NCBI RefSeq assembly: GCF_000317145.1
Contig: NC_019697.1
Coordinates: forward strand, 4,102,886-4,166,885
Origin: Chamaesiphon minutus PCC 6605
Lineage (GTDB): Bacteria > Cyanobacteriota > Cyanobacteriia > Cyanobacteriales > Chamaesiphonaceae
DNA: 64,000 bases
Direction of reading: 5' to 3'
Part shown: one piece after another, positions 21,513 to 30,631 of the stretch
Position numbering within the stretch: the first letter of the stretch is position 1
How the letters are laid out: each line of letters opens with the position of its first letter
Made by a program: the position numbers and the translations under genes
Notes under the pieces: generated by a model
The model's database searches: none
Told to the model about the DNA's origin: nothing
What the model saw: the letters and a program-made list of their open reading frames with translations, nothing else

Positions 21513-22121
21513 GTGTTTGACTTACAAGGACTCAATATATACCTCATCGGCATGATGGGCTGTGGTAAGAGTACCGTCGCCCCATTACTCGCCGATCGAT
21601 TGGGTTACAATTTTCTCGATACCGACATTACGCTTGCTAAATCTTGCGCCAAACCTTTAGGCTACGATTTTGAAGATACCGATCTGAGTGAATCAGAATT
21701 AATCGCCAAAATCATTAGAGAACTGTTCCAAACCGTCGGCGAACCAGAATTTCGCGCTATTGAAACCCAAGTCCTCGCCGAAGTCTCCGCTTATACACGA
21801 CTAGTCGTTGCCACAGGCGGCGGCATCGCTATCGAGCGCGAGAACTGGAACCACCTCCATCAAGGCTTAGTCATTTGGCTCGATCCAGCAGTAGATCTCC
21901 TCGTCGAACGTCTTCAGGGAGACACCACGCGCCCCATTCTAGCCAACTCAGAAGACCTTCAGTCCAAATTAGACCAACTTCTTTCAGAACGTCGTTATAG
22001 ATACGCTGAAGCCGATATTCATCTGCCCGTTCTCCGCGATCTCACGGCTGAAGAAATCGTAGATCGGATCTTAGCCGCTATTCCTACTGTCTTAAAAACG
22101 CCGAGTATTACTCCAGATTAA
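21513..22121 (+). CDS. aroK: Shikimate kinase
   Basis: Walker A GMMGCGKSTV, and LGYNFLDTD shikimate-binding motif. Confidence 0.8.
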   Translation: MFDLQGLNIYLIGMMGCGKSTVAPLLADRLGYNFLDTDITLAKSCAKPLGYDFEDTDLSESELIAKIIRELFQTVGEPEFRAIETQVLAEVSAYTRLVVATGGGIAIERENWNHLHQGLVIWLDPAVDLLVERLQGDTTRPILANSEDLQSKLDQLLSERRYRYAEADIHLPVLRDLTAEEIVDRILAAIPTVLKTPSITPD

Positions 22122-22683
22122 AGACGATATCTTCATATATTCGATCGATGGGGAAAGTGCAATTAACACTCTTGAGTTCGACATTATCGCCTACTCCATA
22201 AGACATCAGTTCCCATCGATTGCGCTCGTTGCGTTGGTATACATCCAAACACATATCAGTCGTGCTTACCAGGACGTATTCCTGAAGATCTGGAGATCTG
22301 CGATAGATCCTAAACTTATCACCCCTGTCATACGCCTCAGTGCTAGGGGATAAAACTTCGATAATCAAACAAGGGTGACTGATAAATTTATCGGCAGTTC
22401 GATCGCGAGGATCGCAAGTGACGCTAACATCGGGATAAAAGTAAGAATTTGATGATTCTATTTGTACTTTTGCATCAGAATTTAGTACCTGACAGCCACT
22501 TCCTCGCAAATGATTTCCAAGAGCGAGGGTAAGGTTAACAGCAATTTTACTATGGTTGATGGTGCCACCCGTCATGGCATAAACGTTACCATCGATATAC
22601 TCATGGCGAAATTCCTGTGTTTCCTCCCAAGCTAGATATTCGGCTGGCGTGAGTCGCGGGAAATCTTCTTTTAAAGCAATCAT
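22108..22683 (-). CDS. Uma2-family (DUF820) putative endonuclease
   Basis: PD-(D/E)xK-like core PCLIIEVLSPSTEAYDRGDKFRIY, typical of the cyanobacterial Uma2 family. Converges on aroK with a 14-bp 3' overlap. Confidence 0.7.
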   Translation of the reverse strand: MIALKEDFPRLTPAEYLAWEETQEFRHEYIDGNVYAMTGGTINHSKIAVNLTLALGNHLRGSGCQVLNSDAKVQIESSNSYFYPDVSVTCDPRDRTADKFISHPCLIIEVLSPSTEAYDRGDKFRIYRRSPDLQEYVLVSTTDMCLDVYQRNERNRWELMSYGVGDNVELKSVNCTFPIDRIYEDIVFNLE

Positions 22684-22758
22684 CAGCTCAAGGGTATGAT
22701 GAAGTACGATTTAGAGCAATTGTACCATTTTCCTGAGTCGGTGTCGATCGATTCCAAC

Positions 22759-23247
22759 TCAGTCGATAAATTCCAACAAATCGAACTCTCTACGAATATC
22801 TAATAACGATCGATCGAGCAACGGCTCAAAGTCGAGAAACGGTAACAGCTTCTGACGGTTGCGCGTTTTAAACCAAATCGGAATTAAAGTTGGGATTAGC
22901 TTCGGCAGGACTCTCAGCACAGATCGATACAGCCACAGCGATCCCTTCTCTCGTATCATATCGTCATACATCACATCTACCGCTGGCGAATCTTTCATCT
23001 TCAGATAAGTCCCAAACGTACACTCACTAGTCCACCAGAATAGCGGTAACAGCTTAAGCTCATCGAACATACCCGTATCGCAGCCGTAGATAACGTGTCC
23101 CGCATCGTGAGCCAGCAAGATTTTGGCAAATTCCGATGGTTGGGTATGGGGATTCGTCACATGAGGATTGAATTCATAGTACTCGGCGATGCCTTCGTGT
23201 AGGGTTTGAGTGCTATTTTTGTCGAGATAGAGAGGTTGTTTAGCCAT
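22759..23247 (-). CDS. Hypothetical protein, divergent from a TetR regulator (likely its target)
   Basis: 162 aa with HDAGHVIYG and WW motifs. No confident family. Confidence 0.45.
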   Translation of the reverse strand: MAKQPLYLDKNSTQTLHEGIAEYYEFNPHVTNPHTQPSEFAKILLAHDAGHVIYGCDTGMFDELKLLPLFWWTSECTFGTYLKMKDSPAVDVMYDDMIREKGSLWLYRSVLRVLPKLIPTLIPIWFKTRNRQKLLPFLDFEPLLDRSLLDIRREFDLLEFID

Positions 23248-23254
23248 TTTCTTA

Positions 23255-23280
23255 TTTACGATACGATAATGTATCGTAAA
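23255..23280. promoter_or_regulatory. Candidate TetR operator palindrome in the divergent promoter region
   Basis: tttacgatac-gataat-gtatcgtaaa: a perfect 10-bp inverted repeat between the divergent genes. Confidence 0.5.
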
Positions 23281-23294
23281 TTATAATAACACGT

Positions 23295-23894
23295 ATGAAT
23301 AATGCTGACAAAAAACCACGCGGTAGACCTCGTAGCGATCGATCGCATCAAGCCATACTGCAAGCAACCTTAGAATTGCTAGCAGAAGTTGGCTTCGATG
23401 CCATGAGTATCGAGGCAATTGCAGCTCGTGCGGGTGTAGGTAAAACCACCATCTACCGCCGTTATCCGTCTAAAGAAGAACTGATTGCAGATGCGATCGA
23501 AAGTATTCGCCAAGAAATTGTGCTACCGGATACGGGTAATTTGGACACAGATATCGACGCGCTAATTCAAAATGCCGCCCAGATCGTACTTACCCCACTC
23601 GGACGACAGACTGTCGCAACAATCGTTAGTAGTGCCGCTCACAATCCGCAATTTGCGCGCATTTATTGGACAAAATATCTACAGCCGCGACGCCGAGATT
23701 TTGCAATTGTCATCGAACGTGCCAAAGCCAGAAATGAAATCTTACCAGACGTAGACTCAGATTTAATCTTCGATCTAATGAGTGGAATTATGCTCTATGC
23801 TTTGATTTTTCAACCCACAGCCGATTGGATTAGCTACACTCGCCGCGCCCTAGATCTCGCACTCAAAAGTATGCGAGATCTGGCGAGAGGATAG
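23295..23894 (+). CDS. TetR/AcrR-family transcriptional regulator
   Basis: N-terminal HTH FDAMSIEAIAARAGVGKTTIYRRYPSKEEL. Confidence 0.85.
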   Translation: MNNADKKPRGRPRSDRSHQAILQATLELLAEVGFDAMSIEAIAARAGVGKTTIYRRYPSKEELIADAIESIRQEIVLPDTGNLDTDIDALIQNAAQIVLTPLGRQTVATIVSSAAHNPQFARIYWTKYLQPRRRDFAIVIERAKARNEILPDVDSDLIFDLMSGIMLYALIFQPTADWISYTRRALDLALKSMRDLARG

Positions 23895-24028
23895 ATCCAA
23901 AGCTTTGTTGAACAAGTACAGGATCTCTGATGAGATCCGCTACACTCTTATGTAGATTCACGGTTGACGCTTAACGGTTAGCATAGTTAGATTAGCGATC
24001 GCGTCCTGTTAGTAGCGAGCGAGATTTT

Positions 24029-24340
24029 GTGCCAGATCCCAACAATTATCGAGAGCGAGAAGAACAGCTCCGCCAGCGCGAGCTAGATTTGAGACTGCGC
24101 GAATTAGAATCCGAGATCCATCGTGTCGAGCCGCCTTTTCATCCTACAGTGAGAGATAATCGCAGCAACAAACCCACTCGTAGTTTTAAAAGAGATTTAA
24201 TCCTAGCGGCGAAAGTTTCCGGGTTCTTCTTGACTGGTGTTGTAGTTGTATACATCTCTCAATGGCTGGCGTGGATTTCCTTCTTTGCCCTCATTGGTGC
24301 CGTTGGCTGGGCATGGTTTGAATTCGGACGCAAATCTTAA
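24029..24340 (+). CDS. Small coiled-coil protein with C-terminal TM anchor
   Basis: GTG start. Charged helical N-terminus (REREEQLRQRELDLRLRELE) and a C-terminal hydrophobic helix. Lies directly upstream of the first dynamin gene. Confidence 0.4.
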   Translation: MPDPNNYREREEQLRQRELDLRLRELESEIHRVEPPFHPTVRDNRSNKPTRSFKRDLILAAKVSGFFLTGVVVVYISQWLAWISFFALIGAVGWAWFEFGRKS

Positions 24341-24440
24341 ATCCTGGTGCTTAGTCGGCAACTGCCCTGAAATAAATTGTCTCGTTCCGAGAGGCTACGC
24401 CAACGGGCTAACGGCGAAAGTTCACTGAAGTGAACTAAGA
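24325..24440. repeat. Intergenic repeat (roughly 120-bp family also found at 14065-14190), ending in an agttcactgaagtgaact hairpin
   Basis: tcttaaatcctggtgcttagtc...ccctgaaataaatt...ggctacgccaacgggctaa is shared with the mfp-downstream region. Confidence 0.4.
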
Positions 24441-24499
24441 TATTTTGCTTTTATGACAACGATCGACCCCGCACTAGCTCCCTTTATAAAAGAGGATAA

Positions 24500-24547
24500 A
24501 ATTCCCTCCTTGGAGGGGTGCCCGTAGGGCGGGGTGGGTAGATCTCC
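24500..24547. repeat. Solo copy of the 45-bp hairpin repeat (cccctccttggagggg core) marking the left edge of the dynamin island
   Basis: tccctccttggaggggtgcccgtagggcggggtgggtagatct is nearly identical to 32771-32826. Inverted copies lie at 32950-33000, 63478-63530 and 63705-63755. Confidence 0.6.
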
Positions 24548-24579
24548 ACAGTACCCCAACAACCTCAACCCCAAATCCT

Positions 24580-26640
24580 ATGATGTCAACTGCTAAAACC
24601 AATCGTTTCCTTCAAGATTTAGATCGAGTTGCGAGAGTGCGCCAAGAAGTAGCTAGTTCCCTCAGCCGGATGGTAACCAAGCTCCAGAAATCCGAACTCG
24701 CCGCCCAGACTGGATCTGGAGAAATGGGATTCGATCGAGATTTAGCAGATCTAACCAAAGCCAGTACCAATCTCCAAAAAGGTGTCTTTCGGTTGATGGT
24801 ATTGGGCGATATGAAACGGGGCAAAAGTACGTTTCTGAATGCTTTAATCGGTGAAAATATCTTACCGAGCGATGTCAATCCCTGCACGGCATTATTGACA
24901 GTCTTGCGCTATGGCGAACAGAAAAAAGTCACCGTTCATTTCAAAGATGGTAAGCCACCAGAATCGATAGATTTTAGTACGTTTAAAACTAAATACACCA
25001 TCGATCCGGCTGAAGCTAAGAAATTGGAAGAAATTAACAAACCTGCTTTCCCTGATGTCGATTATGCCGTGGTGGAATATCCCCTAGAATTACTTTCTAA
25101 AGGGATCGAAATCATCGATAGTCCCGGCTTGAATGATACCGAAGCGCGCAATGAATTATCGCTGGGATATCTGAATAATTGCCATGCAGTTTTATTCGTC
25201 CTCAGTGCGTCTCAACCTTGCACTTTAGGCGAACGTCGCTATCTCGAAAACTATGTCAAAGATCGCGGCTTGAGCGTATTTTTTCTCATCAATGCTTGGG
25301 ATCGCGTCAAAGAATCATTAATCGATCCCGATGATGCGACAGAATTGGCAGAAGCCGAAGGCAAACTAAATCGCGTATTTAAAGCGAATTTAGCTGAATA
25401 TTGTACGGTGGATGGCTACGATCTCTACGACGAGCGCGTATTTCCCTTATCTTCGATTACCGCACTCCGAAAACGGCTCAAAGATAAAGACGCCGATCTC
25501 GTAGGGACTGGCTTTCCACCCTTTATTAATGCTCTGAATACATTTTTGACGCAAGAGCGGGCGATTGCCGAATTGCGTCAAGCACGAATTATTGCCAAAC
25601 AAACTTGTACCCACGTCAAAGAAGCAGTCGCGCGGCGAATCCCGTTATTAGATACCAATGTAGACGAACTCAAAGCCAAAATTGCCGCAGTCGAACCGCA
25701 GTTTAATCAGCTCCAGTCAATTCGCGATGGTTTTCGCGATGATATTCGCCGCGTCCGCGATCGTCAAGCTCGATCGATCGCCGATTCGATGAAAGTATAT
25801 TTAATGAAATTGGAAGATACTTTCGAGGCAGATTTTCAAGCTTATCAACCTTCAGATATCCAATTCCTGGACTTCTTTAGTGACAATAAACGCGAACAAT
25901 TCAATCAATCAGCCCAGAAAGGATTTCAACAATATATTAATGATAAGTATTCTGCTTGGACGCTCTCAGCCCAAAAAGAATTAACCACTGCTTTCAGCGA
26001 ACTAGCGGAACAAGCCAAGAAATATGGAGTAGATTATCAAAACATCACTCAAGAGATGGCGGAGAAGCTGACAGGTAAAATCCATACCCGCAATAATGCC
26101 CTCGAAGATGATGGTACGCCAGCTTGGGCAAAGTGGGCGATGGGCTTATTTTCCTTAGCGACTGGTAATTTTGGGATCGCGGCTTTGGCTGTGGGTGGCT
26201 TCAATTTTCAAAGCATCATGCTCAATGTCTTTACTACTGCGGGAATTGCACTAGTCTTTGGTGCATTACTCGGTCCGATCGGAATTATCGTCGCTAGTTT
26301 AGGTGTTGCAGCGTTCCAAGTCGATCATGCCCGAAAATATTTTAGCCAGGAAATCAAGAAACAATTAGTCGCTAAGTTACCAGAGATTTCTAGAGAACAA
26401 TGGCAACCGATTTATAGTGCAGTACAAGAGTGTTTCGATAGTTACGAACGGGAAGCGATCGAACGAATCGATGATGATATCAAAACTCGCAAAATCGAGC
26501 TACAAAATCTCGTCAAGCAGAAGGAATCTCAAGAGATCGATCGAGTTACGGAAGTCAATCGGTTACAACAGTTTGAAGCTGATGTGTTGAGTGAATCACT
26601 CTCGATCGAGAATTTTTATCAAGGCTTCTTAAATGGTTAA
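24580..26640 (+). CDS. Bacterial dynamin-like protein 1 (BDLP-type large GTPase with membrane paddle)
   Basis: G1 LGDMKRGKSTF, G3 DSPGLND, G4-like INAWD. The long helical stalk and the hydrophobic paddle GLFSLATGNFGIAALAVGGF...GIALVFGALLGPIGIIV match the NosBDLP architecture. Confidence 0.85.
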   Translation: MMSTAKTNRFLQDLDRVARVRQEVASSLSRMVTKLQKSELAAQTGSGEMGFDRDLADLTKASTNLQKGVFRLMVLGDMKRGKSTFLNALIGENILPSDVNPCTALLTVLRYGEQKKVTVHFKDGKPPESIDFSTFKTKYTIDPAEAKKLEEINKPAFPDVDYAVVEYPLELLSKGIEIIDSPGLNDTEARNELSLGYLNNCHAVLFVLSASQPCTLGERRYLENYVKDRGLSVFFLINAWDRVKESLIDPDDATELAEAEGKLNRVFKANLAEYCTVDGYDLYDERVFPLSSITALRKRLKDKDADLVGTGFPPFINALNTFLTQERAIAELRQARIIAKQTCTHVKEAVARRIPLLDTNVDELKAKIAAVEPQFNQLQSIRDGFRDDIRRVRDRQARSIADSMKVYLMKLEDTFEADFQAYQPSDIQFLDFFSDNKREQFNQSAQKGFQQYINDKYSAWTLSAQKELTTAFSELAEQAKKYGVDYQNITQEMAEKLTGKIHTRNNALEDDGTPAWAKWAMGLFSLATGNFGIAALAVGGFNFQSIMLNVFTTAGIALVFGALLGPIGIIVASLGVAAFQVDHARKYFSQEIKKQLVAKLPEISREQWQPIYSAVQECFDSYEREAIERIDDDIKTRKIELQNLVKQKESQEIDRVTEVNRLQQFEADVLSESLSIENFYQGFLNG

Positions 26641-26669
26641 TCTGTAGTAATTGCATCTGAAATATAGAT

Positions 26670-26686
26670 GGTGGGCAATGCCCACC
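26670..26686. terminator. GC hairpin ggtgggcaatgcccacc after BDLP1; an inverted twin at 27391-27407 follows the next gene
   Basis: 6-bp GC stem with a 5-nt loop. The second copy is the exact reverse complement, so the two bracket the SMI1/KNR4 gene. Confidence 0.5.
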
Positions 26687-26710
26687 CTGCACCTTTTTTA
26701 CCACTTTCTC

Positions 26711-27367
26711 ATGTCTAAACTTCTTGAAGAACTTGCATATATTTTTGAATGGCTAGAATATACAGTTCCAGACTTAGCCGATCGCTACAATCCAGGTTTG
26801 ACGCGCCAACAGATCGATAATCTAGTTAAAGATTTACCATTTAGGTTGAGCGAGGAAGTTTACGAGCTTTATCGATGGCGAAATGGAGAATCTGACTTCG
26901 GTTATTATAACGGCGAATGTATGGTAGATTTTCTATTCCCCGACCATCACATTTCAGGAAATTTATCGATACCTTTTTGGCCTTTGCAAGATGCTATTAA
27001 AACCTATTGTAAATTATGGAAGATGGAAGAATCAAATCTGAAAAATCCACCTTATGAAGGTGCCCATCTCTGGGATCGAAAATGGTTTCCAATTGCTTCA
27101 ATGGAAAACAAAAGCATGTTAATTGTTGTTGGCGATCTCAATCCATCACCCATTTATCAGATTGAGTACGTTTTTCACGATCGTCCATTAAGAGTTTACA
27201 AAAGCTTAACCAGCATGATTTCTACGATCGCAGAATGCTGTGAATCAGATTTATACAAACTTATCAGAGATGATGACGATGAAAAAGAAGAAATGTTTTT
27301 TTACATCAAGTTAGACGAGGAAAAGCAAGAAGCAGAGAAAGATACATACAAAAAATACAACTCTTGA
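26711..27367 (+). CDS. SMI1/KNR4 (SUKH-1 superfamily) protein; orphan immunity-like gene
   Basis: Likely start MSKLLEELAY (the upstream part of the track ORF spans the hairpin). Conserved YRWRNGE and WF blocks typical of SMI1/KNR4. No adjacent toxin gene. Confidence 0.65.
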   Translation: MSKLLEELAYIFEWLEYTVPDLADRYNPGLTRQQIDNLVKDLPFRLSEEVYELYRWRNGESDFGYYNGECMVDFLFPDHHISGNLSIPFWPLQDAIKTYCKLWKMEESNLKNPPYEGAHLWDRKWFPIASMENKSMLIVVGDLNPSPIYQIEYVFHDRPLRVYKSLTSMISTIAECCESDLYKLIRDDDDEKEEMFFYIKLDEEKQEAEKDTYKKYNS

Positions 27368-27616
27368 AGAGCGATATTGTCAGCTCGTAGGGTGGGCATT
27401 GCCCACCATCTTAATTAACGATCGAGCTAAATATCTAAAAGTATCTAAACCTAAACTAACAAATTACTTAACTCGATCGATCCTGGATTTGTCACCCCTC
27501 ACCCACCGATATTGGGACAGAAACTTATGTAGACCATCTATGATGGAATAATCCATATATATTTGTGGACGATGACAACGCAATTTAACCGCTCCTTACC
27601 CAAACCATCTACGAAC

Positions 27617-27931
27617 ATGAAAGTGACACTTCTGGTAGAAACTATCCAACCTGGAAAAGTTGCTGCTTCTGTCTTGGAGTTTCCCGATTCTCGGATTGAA
27701 GCTGAAACTAGAGAAAGCGCGATTTCTCAATTACAGGCTAACTTTTTAGAACGACTCAAGCGGCTAGAAGCAATTTCCTGGAATATTCCTGTCAATGCTT
27801 CAAATAACATGGGGATGGAGTTTGTGGGTGTCTTTCAAGACGATCCAGATTTTCAGGCGATATCTAGAGATCTCTTAGCCGAACGCGCCTCAGAAGACGA
27901 TTCTGAAGTCGATCCGTCGTATTATGCCTAG
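27617..27931 (+). CDS. Type II antitoxin, HicB/UPF0150-like fold
   Basis: Start MKVTLLVETIQPGKVAASVLEFPDSRIEAETRESAI, an N-terminal beta-alpha module with an acidic C-terminus. Sits 12 bp upstream of a PIN toxin. Confidence 0.5.
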   Translation: MKVTLLVETIQPGKVAASVLEFPDSRIEAETRESAISQLQANFLERLKRLEAISWNIPVNASNNMGMEFVGVFQDDPDFQAISRDLLAERASEDDSEVDPSYYA

Positions 27932-27942
27932 AGGTAGATCTC

Positions 27943-28365
27943 TTGTCTAAATATATATTGGATACCGACCATATATCGCTCATCTTATTTAACCATCCTC
28001 AAGTTACAGAAAATGCGGCAAAACATCAAATTGCGACTTCGATCGTGACAGTGCAAGAACTCTTTAACGGCTGGATTGGGCAAATTAACGATCCAGCACA
28101 AATCAATAATTTACCTGCCTTATACTCCAAACTATCTACCACTCTAAAGTACCTACAGACTGTGGAAGTTTTAGACTTTACTGTAGAAGCGGATGAGTGC
28201 TTGAAAAATCTATTAAGTGCCAATCCACCTTTACGGAAGAATCGTCTGCAAAAAGACATGCGAATTGCGGCGATCGCATTATCTTTAGATCTTACTGTTG
28301 CCACACGCAATCGTAAAGATTTTGAATTAGTACCCAATCTCAATCTCGTCGATTGGACTCAGTAA
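27943..28365 (+). CDS. vapC: PIN-domain ribonuclease toxin (VapC-like)
   Basis: ILDTDHISL (the first catalytic Asp), further acidic residues at VQELFNG and KDMRIAAIA, and a final TRNRKDF. Confidence 0.8.
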   Translation: MSKYILDTDHISLILFNHPQVTENAAKHQIATSIVTVQELFNGWIGQINDPAQINNLPALYSKLSTTLKYLQTVEVLDFTVEADECLKNLLSANPPLRKNRLQKDMRIAAIALSLDLTVATRNRKDFELVPNLNLVDWTQ

Positions 28366-28490
28366 ACTTTGTCGATTTGGTGTAGATATCTACTCACTCA
28401 AATTTCTCTGTATATAGTGAGTATAACGATCGCGACCGATAAAAAAAGCCCCATAGTTATTGCTTATTTATTTAACCCGATCGACAAGCC

Positions 28491-30167
28491 ATGAATTCCT
28501 CACTCATCACCCACCTCCAAACTGCTGCTAACAAGCTGGAAATCGACCAAAACTCTAGATTGGGTAACGATCTCAAAACGCTTGCCAGTAAAGCAGGTCG
28601 ATCGAATTATCAAATTGCCGTATTTGGCCCCTTCAATCATGGTAAATCGACATTATTGAATGCGATCTTAGGCAATAAAACATTACCGATCGATCTGATT
28701 CCGACGACGGGTGCGGCGATTAAAGTTGTCTATGGTGAAGATATTGCGACGAAAATTACCCTAACTAATGGGCAAATCATCGCGGCTAAGAATACCGATA
28801 TTTTAACTGAATTTGCGATCCTAGATAACGATCGACGGATGCGGGATGATGTGTTAGAAGTCGAGGTAAGTTTTCCCCATCCGTTTTTACAGACTGGGGT
28901 TGAATTAATCGATTTACCAGGTACGAACGATCGCGACGAGCAGGATAACTTAGTACGCGATCGATTATTGGCGGCGGATTTGGTGGTAAATGTGTTAGAT
29001 GTACGTAAATTGATGACGCTCGGCGAGCGCGAACATCTGCGGGATTGGTTAGAAAATCGTGGGATTAATACCGTGGTATTCGTGGCGAATTTTACGAATA
29101 TGTTGGAGCCAGAAGAACAAAAAGAAGTTCAACATCGCCTCCGATTTGTCGCTGAGAGTTTTCGCTCTCAATTACCACCAGGGATTAGCAACCTCTATCG
29201 AGTTGACGCGCTCCCTGCTCTACGCGCTCGCCTGAAGGGTGACGACGCGACTTTGCATACTTCGGGGTTATCCTCATTTATTTCGGCACTCCAGGCGATT
29301 GTGTCGCACCAGCGCGAGAAACTAGCCGAGGTGCGGATGCCTGTGCTGCAATCGTTGGGATTAGAAATTCAAGGATTATTACGATCGCAGATTGCCAAAT
29401 TGACGGCAGAAGTTAACGAAACTAAAGAGAAGTGCGATCGAGAATTAGCCCTCAAGCGTCAAGCGCAAACATTAATCCAATCTGGATGGGAAACCAGCCT
29501 CAAAGAAGTCGAGCAGTGGTTATATTTACCCAACCTGATTAGCTTCTATCAGTCGCCATTAACTACGGCGATTCAAAAAAATGGATTTGGGGAATGGGAA
29601 TCGAGTAACGTCCGTCCGCGATTGCAACATTCTCAGCAAGAAATTAACGATTGGGTTACTAAAGCCGAAAGCTTTTTTAATACTTCTCCAGTCGAACCCC
29701 TAAAGATCGTTTTACCCGATCCGCCTGAAGTCTTATTACCAGAATCACCAACTCAATCTCCACCAAAACCTACAACACCATCTTCAACAATCGATAATTT
29801 GGCACCCACCGCACTGGCAACTGGCTTAGGCTGGATACTCGGAGGGCCAATAGGAGCGGTCGTTGCTGGCGGTGCGAGTACGATTGCAAATAAGCGATCG
29901 GGAGATCGATCTTCGGACAACACTAGTAATAGTAAAACTCCCGATAACTCGGCAGAGATTTTAGAAGCTTATACCGATGCGGCGGCTGATTATTTATTTA
30001 GACTAAATACTGAAACGATCAAGACAATTAAAGCCTATCGCGATCGAGCGGCTGCGGCTATTAATCCAGAAATTAAGCTCGATCGCCAGGTCGATTTGCA
30101 TCAACAACAAAACTTAACAGATTTAGAACGCTGCTTGGCAGATGTATTAGCTTCAGCCTCAGCGTAA
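28491..30167 (+). CDS. Bacterial dynamin-like protein 2 (partner large GTPase)
   Basis: G1 FGPFNHGKSTL, G2/G3 PTTG and DLPGTND, NVLD. A helical stalk and a Gly-rich hydrophobic tip ALATGLGWILGGPIGAVVAGGAS. Confidence 0.8.
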   Translation: MNSSLITHLQTAANKLEIDQNSRLGNDLKTLASKAGRSNYQIAVFGPFNHGKSTLLNAILGNKTLPIDLIPTTGAAIKVVYGEDIATKITLTNGQIIAAKNTDILTEFAILDNDRRMRDDVLEVEVSFPHPFLQTGVELIDLPGTNDRDEQDNLVRDRLLAADLVVNVLDVRKLMTLGEREHLRDWLENRGINTVVFVANFTNMLEPEEQKEVQHRLRFVAESFRSQLPPGISNLYRVDALPALRARLKGDDATLHTSGLSSFISALQAIVSHQREKLAEVRMPVLQSLGLEIQGLLRSQIAKLTAEVNETKEKCDRELALKRQAQTLIQSGWETSLKEVEQWLYLPNLISFYQSPLTTAIQKNGFGEWESSNVRPRLQHSQQEINDWVTKAESFFNTSPVEPLKIVLPDPPEVLLPESPTQSPPKPTTPSSTIDNLAPTALATGLGWILGGPIGAVVAGGASTIANKRSGDRSSDNTSNSKTPDNSAEILEAYTDAAADYLFRLNTETIKTIKAYRDRAAAAINPEIKLDRQVDLHQQQNLTDLERCLADVLASASA

Positions 30168-30357
30168 CTGTGCCTAAAAAAAATAGATATTTATTTCATA
30201 CTTTTAGCTTAAATTCATCCATAAAACAAATTGTGTATGTTATATTGGAAGGTAGACATCAATAAGATTGCAGACAAATGTTCTGATTCTAGATATCTGA
30301 CTGGTGCGCCAACCTGTGGTTTGAGCGTATACCGTCACGCATGATTATTAGTCGATC

Positions 30358-30426
30358 GTGCGATTAGCTTAGTGGTAAAGCAGCCGAGGTATCGGTCGAG
30401 CCTGGGTTCGAGTCCCAGATCGCACA
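30358..30426 (+). tRNA. Degenerate tRNA-like gene (Thr-GGU-like body, 4-nt anticodon loop)
   Basis: Perfect 7-bp acceptor stem gtgcgat/atcgcac, D arm gctt-agtggta-aagc, and T arm ctggg-ttcgagt-cccag. The anticodon arm is gccga-ggta-tcggt: the loop has 4 nt, as if ct and a were deleted from ctggtaa. Confidence 0.45.
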
Positions 30427-30626
30427 GCTAGCTCGCCCACATTAGAATTGTGAGCATTGGGAATGGTTTGCATTAAAAGCCAAGTGGTTAGAAACCGCTC
30501 CTCGGAATGCAAAGTCCGCCTTCACGGACTGAGATAATAGTCCGCGAAGGCGGACTTTGCAACCCCAGGCGCGATTTTAATCGCTGGCTCCACTGGTTCC
30601 ACAATTTTAATCTGGGCGAGCTAGTA
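30426..30626. mobile_element. MITE-like insert between the two tRNA-like genes, 27-bp TIRs
   Basis: agctagctcgcccacattagaattgtg versus cacaattttaatctgggcgagctagta (24 of 27 match). It carries a perfect 12-bp nested hairpin gcaaagtccgcc...ggcggactttgc at 30509-30560. Confidence 0.5.
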
Positions 30627-30631
30627 CCTCC

